Below the pieces are notes generated by a model. That model was not told the DNA's origin and ran no database searches. It saw only the letters and a list, made by a program, of their open reading frames with translations. DNA of 64,000 nucleotides from an uncultured Planctomycetia bacterium. GTDB lineage: Bacteria; Planctomycetota; Phycisphaerae; FEN-1346; JAACEH01. The position numbers were made by a program, and so were the translations under genes. Of the stretch, positions 34,564-43,859 are shown in pieces; the stretch's first letter is position 1, and each line of letters begins with the position of its first letter. The DNA is taken from the NCBI GenBank assembly GCA_903929765.1, contig CAIYVX010000063.1:10174-74173 (forward strand), in the 5' to 3' direction.

Positions 34564-35160
34564 CTAATTTTTGGGCTTGACGATGCCTTTGGACGCAAGA
34601 AATTTGACGACGGAATGGCCGAGGCCGCGCGAAACCATTTCTTCCCACTCTCGGAGGCTCTTGGACTGGGAGGCCAGGACGGCCTCGGAAAGAACCTTGC
34701 CGGAGGCGCGGTCGGAGAATTTGGCGTGGATGGCGAGGACGGGATTGTCGCCGAAACCGATGATGCGCAGGCCCCTGCTGTCGCCCTCGTAAAAATCGAC
34801 CACCTCGCCGGTGACGAGGATCGTTTTGCCCTGGCCCTGGAGGACGCCTTCCTTGTCGATTTCCATCTGGGCATAGGGCTGGAGGTCCGCCAGGAGCGTG
34901 AGCGGGACGGTGCCGTGCATGAAGCCGGAGGTGATCGGGCCGATCCTGATGGACTGGTAACTGGTCCAGTCGGCGGGGCCGGCCGAGGTCTCCGTGAAGC
35001 GGACGTCGTACGGCAGCGCTTCGTGGAACAGTCCTCCGGCGGCCAACTCGGCCGCGGTTTCGCAGCCGGAAACGGAGGCCAGCGCAGCCAGGGTGAGAAT
35101 CATCAACAGGCCTCGGACCAATTTTCCCTCCTCCATTGGATTGTTGGCGTCACGAGGCAC
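34564..35160 (-). CDS. Hypothetical lipoprotein.
   Basis: Signal peptide with the lipobox LAALASVSGC. There is no recognisable catalytic motif. Confidence 0.5.
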   Translation of the reverse strand: MPRDANNPMEEGKLVRGLLMILTLAALASVSGCETAAELAAGGLFHEALPYDVRFTETSAGPADWTSYQSIRIGPITSGFMHGTVPLTLLADLQPYAQMEIDKEGVLQGQGKTILVTGEVVDFYEGDSRGLRIIGFGDNPVLAIHAKFSDRASGKVLSEAVLASQSKSLREWEEMVSRGLGHSVVKFLASKGIVKPKN

Positions 35161-35211
35161 ACCCTTTGGCCCCGGTTTCGCCGGGTCTTCAAAGTGCGGC
35201 AGCCGGAAAAA

Positions 35212-35886
35212 TCAGCCCTTCCGGCGGCGCTTGGTGCAGCCGGGGCGGAAGAATTCGTTGTGGCGGTCCATGAGCTTTCGGACTTCGGCGACGGGGAGGG
35301 TTTTGACTTTGCCGAGCTGGCGGGCGTAGAAGTTGATCAGGGCGGCATGCTCGACTTTTTCCATTCTTCTCAGGGCGTCCCAGACGTCGTTGCCGCAGGT
35401 GACGGCGCCGTGGCGGTCGAGGATGACGGCGTTGTGGTCGTGGATCAGTTTTTTGATCACAAGCGGCCCCTGTTCGCTGGCCGGTGTAGCGTAGTCGCTG
35501 GTGGGGATGGAGCCGAGGGTGGCGATGACTTCGGGAATGACGCCGTCGGCGAGCGGGAAGCCGGCGATGGTGAGGGCAGTGGCCACCGGCGGGTGGGCGT
35601 GGATGACGGCGAAGACGTCGGGGCGCTCTTCGTAAACGGCCAGGTGGAGGCGGAGTTCGCTGGTGGGTTTGCCGGGGCCGCCGGAAATTTTTTTGCCCTT
35701 CAGGTCGGTGATGATCAGGTCGGTGGGCTTGATGAATCCCTTGCTGACGCCGGAGGGGGTGGCGAGGATGCGGCCGCGCGGCAGGCGGATGCTGACGTTG
35801 CCGTCGGTGGCAATAGTGAGATTTTTGTCGTAGAGAACTTGGCAGACGGCGACCATGTCGAGGCGAAGCTGACGTTCGGTTTTCAT
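35212..35886 (-). CDS. Class II aldolase/adducin-family protein (L-fuculose-phosphate aldolase / ribulose-5-P 4-epimerase-like).
   Basis: GNVSIRLP...ILATPSGVSKG...FAVIHAHPPVATAL carries the metal-binding His pattern of class II aldolases. Confidence 0.85.
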   Translation of the reverse strand: MKTERQLRLDMVAVCQVLYDKNLTIATDGNVSIRLPRGRILATPSGVSKGFIKPTDLIITDLKGKKISGGPGKPTSELRLHLAVYEERPDVFAVIHAHPPVATALTIAGFPLADGVIPEVIATLGSIPTSDYATPASEQGPLVIKKLIHDHNAVILDRHGAVTCGNDVWDALRRMEKVEHAALINFYARQLGKVKTLPVAEVRKLMDRHNEFFRPGCTKRRRKG

Positions 35887-36086
35887 TTGCACTCCTTTAT
35901 TTTTTTACAATGAGAGTTTATCCGCCTTCGAACCTTAAGCCACAATTCGTAGAGAATGAAGAGACAACCCCATCCGCCATAGACGCCCACTATTCCAGCG
36001 ATTACGCCAAGAATCAGGCCATGTTCCCGTCCGAAATCCGCTCCGAAGAAGATGCCGAATGTCAGCAAGGCGATCAGAATTAACAA
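35883..36086 (-). CDS. Possible small two-transmembrane-helix membrane protein (67 aa) in a low-GC patch.
   Basis: Two hydrophobic helices (LILIALLTFGIFFGADF and LGVIAGIVGVYGGWGCLFIL). Local GC is about 48%. It overlaps the aldolase start codon by 10 nt. Confidence 0.3.
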   Translation of the reverse strand: MLILIALLTFGIFFGADFGREHGLILGVIAGIVGVYGGWGCLFILYELWLKVRRRINSHCKKIKECK

Positions 36087-36133
36087 TTCGATCAGTGTTA
36101 TCGCCTAGGCCGTGCGGTTTTTCAAGTTTTTTC

Positions 36134-36511
36134 CTAATTGCCGTCGGAGTTTTTTATTTCGCGGACCTGGCGGATGAGGGGGAGGACGGAGAGGACGACG
36201 CTGGTGATGAGGAGAATCAGGCCGGCCGAGACGGTGATGGTGGCGGCGGGCAAGGGAAAGGCTTGGTCGAAGACGCCGCCGATGAGGAAGCCGTCGGCAA
36301 CGAGAACGTAGCCGGCCAGGGCGATGAGGAAGCGCGGGCTGGCGAAATGGAGATAGGATTTGTGGTGGAGGTGGCGGATGTAATTTTCGATGGCCCGGGC
36401 GAGGTAGGCCAGGACGACGATGGCGGCGCTGGCCAGGGCGAGGGTGGGCAGCGGGCCGGCGCGGTTGAGGAGGTCGAGGCCGCGGGTCAGGTCACTGGCA
36501 AGAATGGGCAT
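36134..36511 (-). CDS. Hypothetical membrane protein.
   Basis: 125 aa with 3-4 predicted transmembrane segments. Confidence 0.4.
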   Translation of the reverse strand: MPILASDLTRGLDLLNRAGPLPTLALASAAIVVLAYLARAIENYIRHLHHKSYLHFASPRFLIALAGYVLVADGFLIGGVFDQAFPLPAATITVSAGLILLITSVVLSVLPLIRQVREIKNSDGN

Positions 36512-36591
36512 GGGCGGTCTTCCTTCAAGGACACAATGCGGTCAACGGCATTTCTATTTCCGCGTGGCGGCAAGCAGCCACCCTACATGAC

Positions 36592-38847
36592 TCATTCCTT
36601 GGCCCCGTGTTGGCGTAACAGATCGGCCACGTCCTGGTGGTTTTTCTTGAGCGCTCCAGACAAAGGTGTTAGGCCAAACACATCTCTGGCGTTGAGATCG
36701 GCCCCTTTGTCCAGCAGCACCTTCACGGTCTCGATCTTCCCGTCCTCGGCCGCAACTTCCAGCGGCGTGCGGTTCAATTTATCTTTCGCGTCCACGGCGG
36801 CGCCTTTGGCGATCAAAAATTCCAGGATTTCATTATGCCCCATCCTGGCGGCTTGGTGAAGAGGGGTCGAGTCTAGATTGTCCCTGGCATCCACAACCGC
36901 GCCCTTGTCGATTAACAAGGCCGCAACCTCACGGGAACCTCGCCAGGCAGCTTTGTGCAACGGGGTATCTTCTTGGCGGTCTCTGGCATCAACTTTGGCC
37001 CCATGGGCGAGCAACTGTTCGGCGAGATCCTTGTGGCCCCCAAAGGCGGCTTTGTGCAGGGGTGTCATACCGCCGTCGTCTGTGGCGTCCACCGTGGCCC
37101 CGTGGGTGAGTAGGAACTCCGCGGCCACGGGCTTGCCATATGTGGCGGCGTGATGGAGCAAAGTCCCGCCCTGCTCCGTTCGAGCGTCGACCAGAGCACC
37201 TTTGACGATCAGGAATTCTGCGACAACTTTCTGGCCCTTTTCGGCCGCCAGGTAGAGCGGCGTGGCACCAAATTGGTCTTTGGCGTCCACGGCGGCACCT
37301 TGTGCTATTAGTTTTTCCGCCAACTCCAGCTTGCCCTCCTCAGCGGCCTGATGGAGCAGGGTGCGGCCCCGCATATCCCGGGTGTCGAGCTTCGCCCCCT
37401 TGGCCTTCAACAACTCCGCGGTATCATCGTGCCCGCCGATCAAGGCCAGGCGCAGGGGCGTATAGCCCATGGAGTTCATGGCCTCCAGCTTCGCGCCCTG
37501 GTCGAGCAGAAACTCCACCATCTTCCGGTCCCCCTTGCCGGCGGCCAAGTGCAAGACGGTCTCGCCCATACGGTTGGTGGTCTCGACCCTGGCCCCCTTC
37601 TCGATCAGCAATTTCGCCATATCGAGGTGGCCGGAGTAAACCGCCCAATAAAGCGGCGTTTCGCCGGCGGAGTCCTGGCCGTTGACGTCCGCCCCTTCGG
37701 CAATAAGCCGCTGGGCCAGGTGGATCAAACCTTGGGACGCAGCGACAGTCAGTTTTTTCGGGGCCGCATTAGCCTTCACCCCAGACCTTACCTGGCTCGC
37801 GGTCGTGGCACCGACCTGCGGCAGGTCCGCCTCTTTCGTGTCCACGACGCTCAGGTCGCCACGGACCAGGCGATAAAGCTCCGACCCTTTCGGCTTGTAC
37901 CAGCAGACCGGCGAAGCCTGGTCGCCAAGTTTTGCGCCCACCCCGACATAGCGAAAAGTTCCCTTGTTCAGTTCGCGAAAGCCGCTCAGGCGAATCGCGA
38001 GCGAAAGGAGTCTGCTCGTTACCTCGGTCATTTCTTTTTTATCTTTCCCCACCGCACGGTCGGGCTTATTCATGTAGTTCGCGACGATTTCTTGCGTTAT
38101 TTCCATTTTTTCGGGAAATAGGTTTTCATTATTTTCGGCCAGGAACTGCAGTCCGCCGATCAGGTCGCCCTCGGTCAGGTTGGCCAGCGAGGCATGGGCT
38201 TCCATCTTCTGATAGCCCTCCGGAATCTTGAAGCTGAACAGTTCCTGGTCGAGCGGGGGATTAATCACGATATCGCTCATTGTTTGATGCCAATGGCCCG
38301 GCTTGTCCCACTCCACGACCAGAAGTTTCTTCTGCGTGCCCCGGTCAAACCAGAACTCGGTCGTCGCGCCGTCCTCATCGGCTACGCGAAAGCCGACGGC
38401 CGGCGTCCCGCCGATGACCTTGTTCCCCAGCGGCTCACCTTTTTTCCGAGCCAGGGTTTTCAATCCGGCGAGGAAGTCTGCATGTCCCTCTTTTTCCGCC
38501 AACTCCGGGGGCGTAGGGCCGTAATCCACCAGGTTGGCAATTTTCCCCCGTGGAAGAAGGGTGAGAATCTGGCCGGCCCGAAGATCAGAGATGGTAATCG
38601 TCATAACTTCCGATTCTTTTCCCAGCCACTCCGCCCGCCGCAACAAAGGCTGACTGTAAAACTCCTTGAAGTTTTTTTCGATCACGTCGCCGTCGGGCGT
38701 CTGTTGCGAGCGATGAATATTGCAACTCATCGTCTGCATCCCGTCGAGTGTTTCTCCCAGTCCGGACAACCCTTCTGCTGAAGGTTTTGCTGCGCCGGCG
38801 CAGCCGCCGACGGCCAAGACAGCAATGACCAAGATTGCGATTTTCAT
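36592..38847 (-). CDS. Lipoprotein with an N-terminal domain of unknown function (about 360 aa) followed by about 11 C-terminal ankyrin repeats.
   Basis: The real start is MKIAILVIAVLAVGGCAG (ATG at 38847). The repeated ankyrin consensus G.TPLH.AA..GH...V..LL..GA is seen from residue 380 onward. The upstream 64 codons of the ORF in the track cross the repeat region and lack a ribosome-binding site. Confidence 0.8.
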   Translation of the reverse strand: MKIAILVIAVLAVGGCAGAAKPSAEGLSGLGETLDGMQTMSCNIHRSQQTPDGDVIEKNFKEFYSQPLLRRAEWLGKESEVMTITISDLRAGQILTLLPRGKIANLVDYGPTPPELAEKEGHADFLAGLKTLARKKGEPLGNKVIGGTPAVGFRVADEDGATTEFWFDRGTQKKLLVVEWDKPGHWHQTMSDIVINPPLDQELFSFKIPEGYQKMEAHASLANLTEGDLIGGLQFLAENNENLFPEKMEITQEIVANYMNKPDRAVGKDKKEMTEVTSRLLSLAIRLSGFRELNKGTFRYVGVGAKLGDQASPVCWYKPKGSELYRLVRGDLSVVDTKEADLPQVGATTASQVRSGVKANAAPKKLTVAASQGLIHLAQRLIAEGADVNGQDSAGETPLYWAVYSGHLDMAKLLIEKGARVETTNRMGETVLHLAAGKGDRKMVEFLLDQGAKLEAMNSMGYTPLRLALIGGHDDTAELLKAKGAKLDTRDMRGRTLLHQAAEEGKLELAEKLIAQGAAVDAKDQFGATPLYLAAEKGQKVVAEFLIVKGALVDARTEQGGTLLHHAATYGKPVAAEFLLTHGATVDATDDGGMTPLHKAAFGGHKDLAEQLLAHGAKVDARDRQEDTPLHKAAWRGSREVAALLIDKGAVVDARDNLDSTPLHQAARMGHNEILEFLIAKGAAVDAKDKLNRTPLEVAAEDGKIETVKVLLDKGADLNARDVFGLTPLSGALKKNHQDVADLLRQHGAKE

Positions 38848-38895
38848 CGTTGCTCCTTCATGTAGAATTGTTGGTGTTCGGACGGTTTGATGCAT

Positions 38896-39030
38896 AAACC
38901 CCTCACCCTGCCCGTTGGGCCCCCTCTCCCAAGGGAGAGGGGTGAAACGACAAAAGAAACGGCATCCCCCAGCAGTGCTGGGGGCTTCAAAAGAAAAGCA
39001 ATAACAGAAACAACGGCAACGCCAAGCGGA
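38896..39030. repeat. Composite intergenic repeat block made of a CCCTCTCCC...GGGAGAGGG palindrome module (38896-38949) joined to a CCCCCAGCAGTGCTGGGGG hairpin module with AACAACGGCAACGCCAAGCGG.
   Basis: The same modules recur at 47527-47600, 55566-55645, 34495-34560, 53266-53320 and 4447-4471. Confidence 0.7.
38958..38990 (-). terminator. Candidate intrinsic terminator for the lipoprotein gene 39098-39664. On the minus strand it reads GCCCCCAGCACTGCTGGGGG followed by ATGCCGTTTCTTTTGTCGTTT.
   Basis: An 8-bp GC-rich stem followed by a T-rich tract on the minus strand, about 110 nt after the stop codon. Confidence 0.45.
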
Positions 39031-39097
39031 AAATGGCATTTATTTTGGCGGCTGCAAACGGCGCAACCGCCCTACATAACTACGAAAAAACAGCCGC

Positions 39098-39664
39098 TCA
39101 TTTCGCCGGCGGCTTGGCTTCGCGGTTGAGGCGGTCGAGTTCCTGTTCGAGTTGGAGGATGCGGTCGGTGTAGGTTTTTTTGTCGGCGGCGCGGGCGGTT
39201 TCGGCGGCCTTTAATTTTTCTTCGGCGATCAGGCGATGGGCTTTTTCGTCATCGACCTTGTCTTTGCAGAGGACGCTTTCCCTGTTCTCGAGCGCCGTCT
39301 TTTCGTAAAGCTCCTGGAAGTTGGCGCCGAGTTGGCTGAGGGGGAGTTCGAGGGTGACGTAATAGGTGCCGGTGAGGGTTTTTTCGGTGGACTTGATGTT
39401 GTAGCCGCGAATGAGGGCCTCGACAAATTCGGTCGGCGGTTCGGACTTGGGTTCGGTCCGGGGGAGGATGGCTTTGTGCACGAGCTTGTCGATGGCGTCC
39501 TGGCGGGCCTGTTCGGGCGTCGCGCCGGTGCCGATGACGATCAGGGTGGTGGCCGTGGCGGGCTGGACCGGCAGGGGCACCGGGACGTAGTGCGAGACGA
39601 CGGTCGGCTCGCAGCCGGAGAAAACAAGGGCGGCGATGAGCAGGAGCGGAAATTGGATTCGCAT
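39098..39664 (-). CDS. Hypothetical lipoprotein with a C-terminal coiled-coil tail.
   Basis: Lipobox LVFSGC. The tail is AEEKLKAAETARAADKKTYTDRILQLEQELDRLNREAK. Confidence 0.55.
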   Translation of the reverse strand: MRIQFPLLLIAALVFSGCEPTVVSHYVPVPLPVQPATATTLIVIGTGATPEQARQDAIDKLVHKAILPRTEPKSEPPTEFVEALIRGYNIKSTEKTLTGTYYVTLELPLSQLGANFQELYEKTALENRESVLCKDKVDDEKAHRLIAEEKLKAAETARAADKKTYTDRILQLEQELDRLNREAKPPAK

Positions 39665-39678
39665 CGGAAGTCCTCCGG

Positions 39679-40803
39679 TTAAGCCTCAATGGGCTGGGGA
39701 TGATCGACCATGCAGCGTAAGGCGCCTTCGGGGATGCCGAAGCACTTGTTGCAGGAAATACAACGGGCCTCGTGGCTGCGGCCGGACTGGATTTTGGCGG
39801 GGAAGTCGGGTTCGCGGACGAGGGCGCGGGAGAGGCTGACCAGGTCGAGGCCCTCGCCGATGGGTCGGAGGATGACGGGTGTGGTTTTGTAGCCGCCGAC
39901 GGTGGCGACGGGAATGTGGACCCGGGCGGCGACGGCCGTGGCCAGTGGGAGAAGATAAGCTTCCTCTTCGGGCTGGTGGACGGGCCGGGCGGCGCCGAGG
40001 CCGGCGCCGGATTCCATCATGCCGCAGGAGACTTCGATCATCTGGACGCCGGCGGCTTCGAGTTGGGCGGCGGTTTCGGCAGCCTCGTCGGGTTCGATGC
40101 CGTCAGGCGGAAGAAAATCGGAGCCGTTGAGCTTGACCAGAAGGGCCTTGTCGGCGGGGAGCTTGCGGCGGACGGCTTCGACGATTTTGAGCGGCAGTCG
40201 GCGGCGGTTGGCGGGGTCGGGTCCGCCCCAGGAGTCGGAACGTTTGTTGGTGTGGGCGGAGAGACATTCGGAGAGGAGGTAGCCGTGGGCCAGGTGCAGT
40301 TGGACGCCGTCGAAACCGGCGGCGACGGCACGGACGGCAGCGTCGGCAAAGGCGGGGATGAGGTTTTCGAGTTGCTTGTCGGTGAAATCATTTAGAGCGG
40401 TGCCGGGCGGCGGGAGCGGGGCGGCGGGGTCGTTGGGAGCGGGGACGGCGCCGCGAAAATAGCCCTGGCGACCGGCGTAGTTTAGTTGGGCGACGAGCGG
40501 GGCGCGGGTGAGCGGGCGAAGGGCAGCGAGGAGTGGTTTCCATGCGGCTGCGTGGGCGTCGGCGGAAAGGCCGGACTGGCGGGCGGAGGCGCGGCCGTTG
40601 GCGTGGACAAAGGCGTGGCCGAAGATGATCAGGCCGACGCCGCCGCGGGCGAGGTCGCCGTAGATGCGGGACATGGGGGCGGCCAGCGGCAGACCGGCGA
40701 GGTCGGCGGCAGCTTCGCCGGTGGCGGAGCGAATCAGGCGGTTGGTCGCCGTGAGCGGGCCGATGGCGACGGGATGGAAGATAGATTCGACGTTCATGTG
40801 CAT
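39679..40803 (-). CDS. NADH:flavin oxidoreductase (Old Yellow Enzyme family).
   Basis: TIM-barrel OYE blocks: IFGHAFVHANGRA, GFDGVQLHLAHGYLLSECLS and GGYKT. Confidence 0.85.
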   Translation of the reverse strand: MHMNVESIFHPVAIGPLTATNRLIRSATGEAAADLAGLPLAAPMSRIYGDLARGGVGLIIFGHAFVHANGRASARQSGLSADAHAAAWKPLLAALRPLTRAPLVAQLNYAGRQGYFRGAVPAPNDPAAPLPPPGTALNDFTDKQLENLIPAFADAAVRAVAAGFDGVQLHLAHGYLLSECLSAHTNKRSDSWGGPDPANRRRLPLKIVEAVRRKLPADKALLVKLNGSDFLPPDGIEPDEAAETAAQLEAAGVQMIEVSCGMMESGAGLGAARPVHQPEEEAYLLPLATAVAARVHIPVATVGGYKTTPVILRPIGEGLDLVSLSRALVREPDFPAKIQSGRSHEARCISCNKCFGIPEGALRCMVDHPQPIEA

Positions 40804-40933
40804 GAGCTAAATCTCCTGCGGAAGTTGACCGGTCGGCGCTCACGCGCCGCACGCGGCGATGTCGGCTATTATACACTATCGACAGGGAAGGCAAAGGGCG
40901 TGGAGGCGATATCGGGGGAGTTAGGGCGGTTGT

Positions 40934-41671
40934 CTAACTGGCAGCCATGGCGGCAATCTTTCCGGCCAGCGTGGCGGCGAAGCGGCGCGGGCTGGACAGG
41001 TCGCTGGCGACTGTTGAATCGCCGGTTTTGACGGCCTCCGATTTGGTCAAGACCAGCGCCGCCGCATCATAGAGTTGTTCCTGGACCAACTTGCGGCAGA
41101 GGATTTCATAACGAGCGGCATAACTGGTCTGGCTGAACTCCGGAAGGGCAGCAAAGTGCGGCGACGTAAACCGCACCGGGGTAGTTGAGCCAGGGCATTC
41201 TTCCAGAACGAAGAAAAAGCCCAGGAATGGCTTGGGGCTTTGGCCGAAAGCGCCTTCACGAAAGGCGGTGTTGAGGTCGGTGGCGTTGCCGAGGGCCTCT
41301 TCGACGCGGTTGTTGAAATTGTTGCCGAAAGAAGGTCCGACCTGCGATTTGAACTCGACGGCGGCGACCAGCCGGCCACCGCTGACAACCAGCAAATCCC
41401 AATTTTTGGTCGGGCGATAGAAACCGGGAATGGTCAGTTGGCCGCGTTTCCTAGTATAGACTTCGGCACCCGCCAGACCATTATCCAAAATGATTTCGCG
41501 GACCAAGTCGATAAAGCCGTCAAGGTTTTTGCCGGCGGTGACGCCGGAGCGGTTGCCCTGATCGGCACTGCCGCGAGTCGCCTGGCTCTTGGCGGCGCGG
41601 ACTCTGGCCCGCCAGAAGTGACGAACGGCTGAGGGCATCATTCGATCCAGCGCTGAGATGTTGACGGCCAT
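40934..41671 (-). CDS. Putative type II restriction endonuclease (tentatively XhoI/PaeR7I-like), assigned mainly by its operon context with the DNA methyltransferase.
   Basis: 245 aa. The acidic/lysine block DLLVVSGGRLVAAVEFKSQ resembles a PD-(D/E)xK-type core. It lies 8 nt downstream of the methyltransferase gene. GC is about 59%, below the local average. Confidence 0.5.
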   Translation of the reverse strand: MAVNISALDRMMPSAVRHFWRARVRAAKSQATRGSADQGNRSGVTAGKNLDGFIDLVREIILDNGLAGAEVYTRKRGQLTIPGFYRPTKNWDLLVVSGGRLVAAVEFKSQVGPSFGNNFNNRVEEALGNATDLNTAFREGAFGQSPKPFLGFFFVLEECPGSTTPVRFTSPHFAALPEFSQTSYAARYEILCRKLVQEQLYDAAALVLTKSEAVKTGDSTVASDLSSPRRFAATLAGKIAAMAAS

Positions 41672-41679
41672 GTCGGCTC

Positions 41680-42684
41680 CTATCCCACCAACTCAAGTTC
41701 ATGGTGGCTGCCCAGGACGGCGGAGTGTTTGTGGAAGCGTTGGGTGGCGGCTTTCAGGTACGCATCGTCGATTTCGACGCCGACGCTGTTGCGGCCGGTG
41801 AGCCAGGCGGCGATGGCGGTGGTGCCGGAGCCGAGAAAGGGGTCGAGAACGGTGTCGCCGACGAAGCTGAACATGCGAATCAGGCGGGTGGCGAGTTCGA
41901 GCGGATACGGCGCCGGGTGGTGGCGAGTGGAAGCGCCGGGAACGTCGGCCCAGATTTGCCGGAACCACTGCTTGTGCAAGGCGTCGGGAATGACGCTGAA
42001 AGCGCGTTCGAGAAAACCGGGGCTGCGGTAGCCGCCGGGCTTTCGCTGCATGAGAATGAATTCGATGTCGTTCTTGATGATGGCGTTAGGTTCGTAGGGC
42101 TTGCCGAGGAAGCCGCCACCGTTGCCGGCGGCTTCGAGTTTGGCATTGGCGATTTTGTACCAGATGATGGGGGCCAGATTGTCGTAGCCCAGGTTGCGGC
42201 AATGCTCCTGAATCGAGGCGTGCAGCGGAACCACGGTGTGGCGGCCGTCGTTTTTGCGCCGGGAGAGGCAAACGTCGCCGACGACACAGATGAGGCGTCC
42301 GCCGGGAACCAGAGCGCGAAAACAGTGCGTCCAGACGCGGTCAAGTTCTTTCAAGAACGTCTCGTAGTCGGCTACGCTGCCGAGCTGTCCTTCGCTCTCG
42401 TTGTACTGTTTCAGCGTCCAGTATGGCGGTGACGTCAGGACGAGGTGGACACTCTCGTCTGGCAAAAAATCCAAGTGCCGCGCGTCGGAGCGCCGGAGTT
42501 CGTGCCGCGTCGGCAGCGTCGGCAGGATCGCTTCTATTTCGCGGATGGCGGATTCGTCCTTGGCCAACTCGGGAATCGCCTGCTGGGTTTTTTGAAGGCG
42601 GAGAATGTTGTCGGAGGCGTATTCCCGAAGAATGGCTTCCTTCGACGCTTCGCCGAAACCCAGGATGGAATGAGCCTTTCGCAT
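41680..42684 (-). CDS. Site-specific DNA methyltransferase of the beta class (N4-cytosine or N6-adenine), with a permuted motif order.
   Basis: Catalytic motif IV LVLTSPPYW, followed later by AdoMet motif I DTVLDPFLGSGTTAIAA. This arrangement is typical of the N6_N4 methyltransferase family. Confidence 0.85.
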   Translation of the reverse strand: MRKAHSILGFGEASKEAILREYASDNILRLQKTQQAIPELAKDESAIREIEAILPTLPTRHELRRSDARHLDFLPDESVHLVLTSPPYWTLKQYNESEGQLGSVADYETFLKELDRVWTHCFRALVPGGRLICVVGDVCLSRRKNDGRHTVVPLHASIQEHCRNLGYDNLAPIIWYKIANAKLEAAGNGGGFLGKPYEPNAIIKNDIEFILMQRKPGGYRSPGFLERAFSVIPDALHKQWFRQIWADVPGASTRHHPAPYPLELATRLIRMFSFVGDTVLDPFLGSGTTAIAAWLTGRNSVGVEIDDAYLKAATQRFHKHSAVLGSHHELELVG

Positions 42685-42779
42685 GCTTCCGCCGTTCCGT
42701 AATCATCAGACAGAGCCTAATGTAATCGTAGAGGGGCGGGGCGGCAAGCTATTAGTTGCCAAAGTGCCATCATTCTCTT

Positions 42780-43781
42780 TTAGCGGCTGGCAACGATGGG
42801 CAGGTCGGCGGTCGTTGCGTCGGGGCTGGGGGCGGCGGAAAAGTGGACGGGGGTGCCGATGGCGACGAGGCGGGAAAGGCGGAGGGCGTCCCAGTTGGTC
42901 AGGCGGAAACAACCGTGCGAGCCGGTTTTGCCGATCAGTTCGGGGGTGGGGGAGCCGTGCATGCCGTAGCCGGGCAGCGAGAGGCCGATCCAGCAGAGGC
43001 CGACGGGGTTGCGCGGGCCGGGGGGAATGAGGAGCTTGTGGTCGATGCCGTGGACGTCGGGCCACTTGGCGGGGTCGAAGGTGTAGTTGGGGTTGACGGA
43101 GATAACGGTGACGCGGGCATCGCCGGAGGGAAGCTTGGCCTTGTCCTTGGCGATGGAACAGTGGATGAGGGCGATCTCTATTCCGGTTTCATAAACACGG
43201 ATGACTTTTTCTGATAGATTAATGTCGATACGGTCTGGGTGTGGCACGTAGGAATAAATGGTGGCTCCATCGGTGATGTTGGGGACTTTCAGTTTGTCGC
43301 CGACTTTGAGGTCAGACATTTTCAGGCCGGGATTGAGGCGGGCGAGGCAGGCGCGGGAGGTGTGGAACTTTTCGGCGACGAGTTCCTCGAGCGACGGATA
43401 GCGGAGGCGGTCGAGGCGGCTCTTTTCGAGCCAGCCCTTGGGGGCCGGGGCGACGTCGGCGAGGTCGGCGGCGAGGACGACGTAGGTTCTTATGGCGGGC
43501 CATAGTGGTATTGTTTCGCGGAGGGATGAGTCGAGTTCTCCGGTTACCGGGAGTTCCTTGAGTCGCTGGAACTCGCGCATGGCCAGGTGTGTCTTCGCGC
43601 CGGGGTTGCCGTCGATCAGTCCGGGAGAGAAGCCGAGACCGTCCAGTTGTATCTGCCATGAGAGGTTGGTTTCGAATGTGTCTGGGCCGGTCGGCGGCGT
43701 CTCGGCCCGGATGGTGGACCCGGTGATCAGAAGAATGAGGGCGGCCGCAGAGAGCGCGGCGGCGCGCAGGGAGAGAGTCAT
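42780..43781 (-). CDS. L,D-transpeptidase (YkuD fold) with an N-terminal peptidoglycan-binding domain.
   Basis: Signal peptide. The PG_binding_1-like block is LDGLGFSPGLIDGNPGAKTHLAMREFQ. The catalytic block is GMHGSPTPELIGKTGSHGCFRL (His...Cys). Confidence 0.85.
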   Translation of the reverse strand: MTLSLRAAALSAAALILLITGSTIRAETPPTGPDTFETNLSWQIQLDGLGFSPGLIDGNPGAKTHLAMREFQRLKELPVTGELDSSLRETIPLWPAIRTYVVLAADLADVAPAPKGWLEKSRLDRLRYPSLEELVAEKFHTSRACLARLNPGLKMSDLKVGDKLKVPNITDGATIYSYVPHPDRIDINLSEKVIRVYETGIEIALIHCSIAKDKAKLPSGDARVTVISVNPNYTFDPAKWPDVHGIDHKLLIPPGPRNPVGLCWIGLSLPGYGMHGSPTPELIGKTGSHGCFRLTNWDALRLSRLVAIGTPVHFSAAPSPDATTADLPIVASR

Positions 43782-43859
43782 GGCACAGGTCTCCAGATGA
43801 GGTGAGGGCCACTTTTAGTATGATTATCGGCGGTTGGCGGAAGAATCTGAAGTTGCGGA

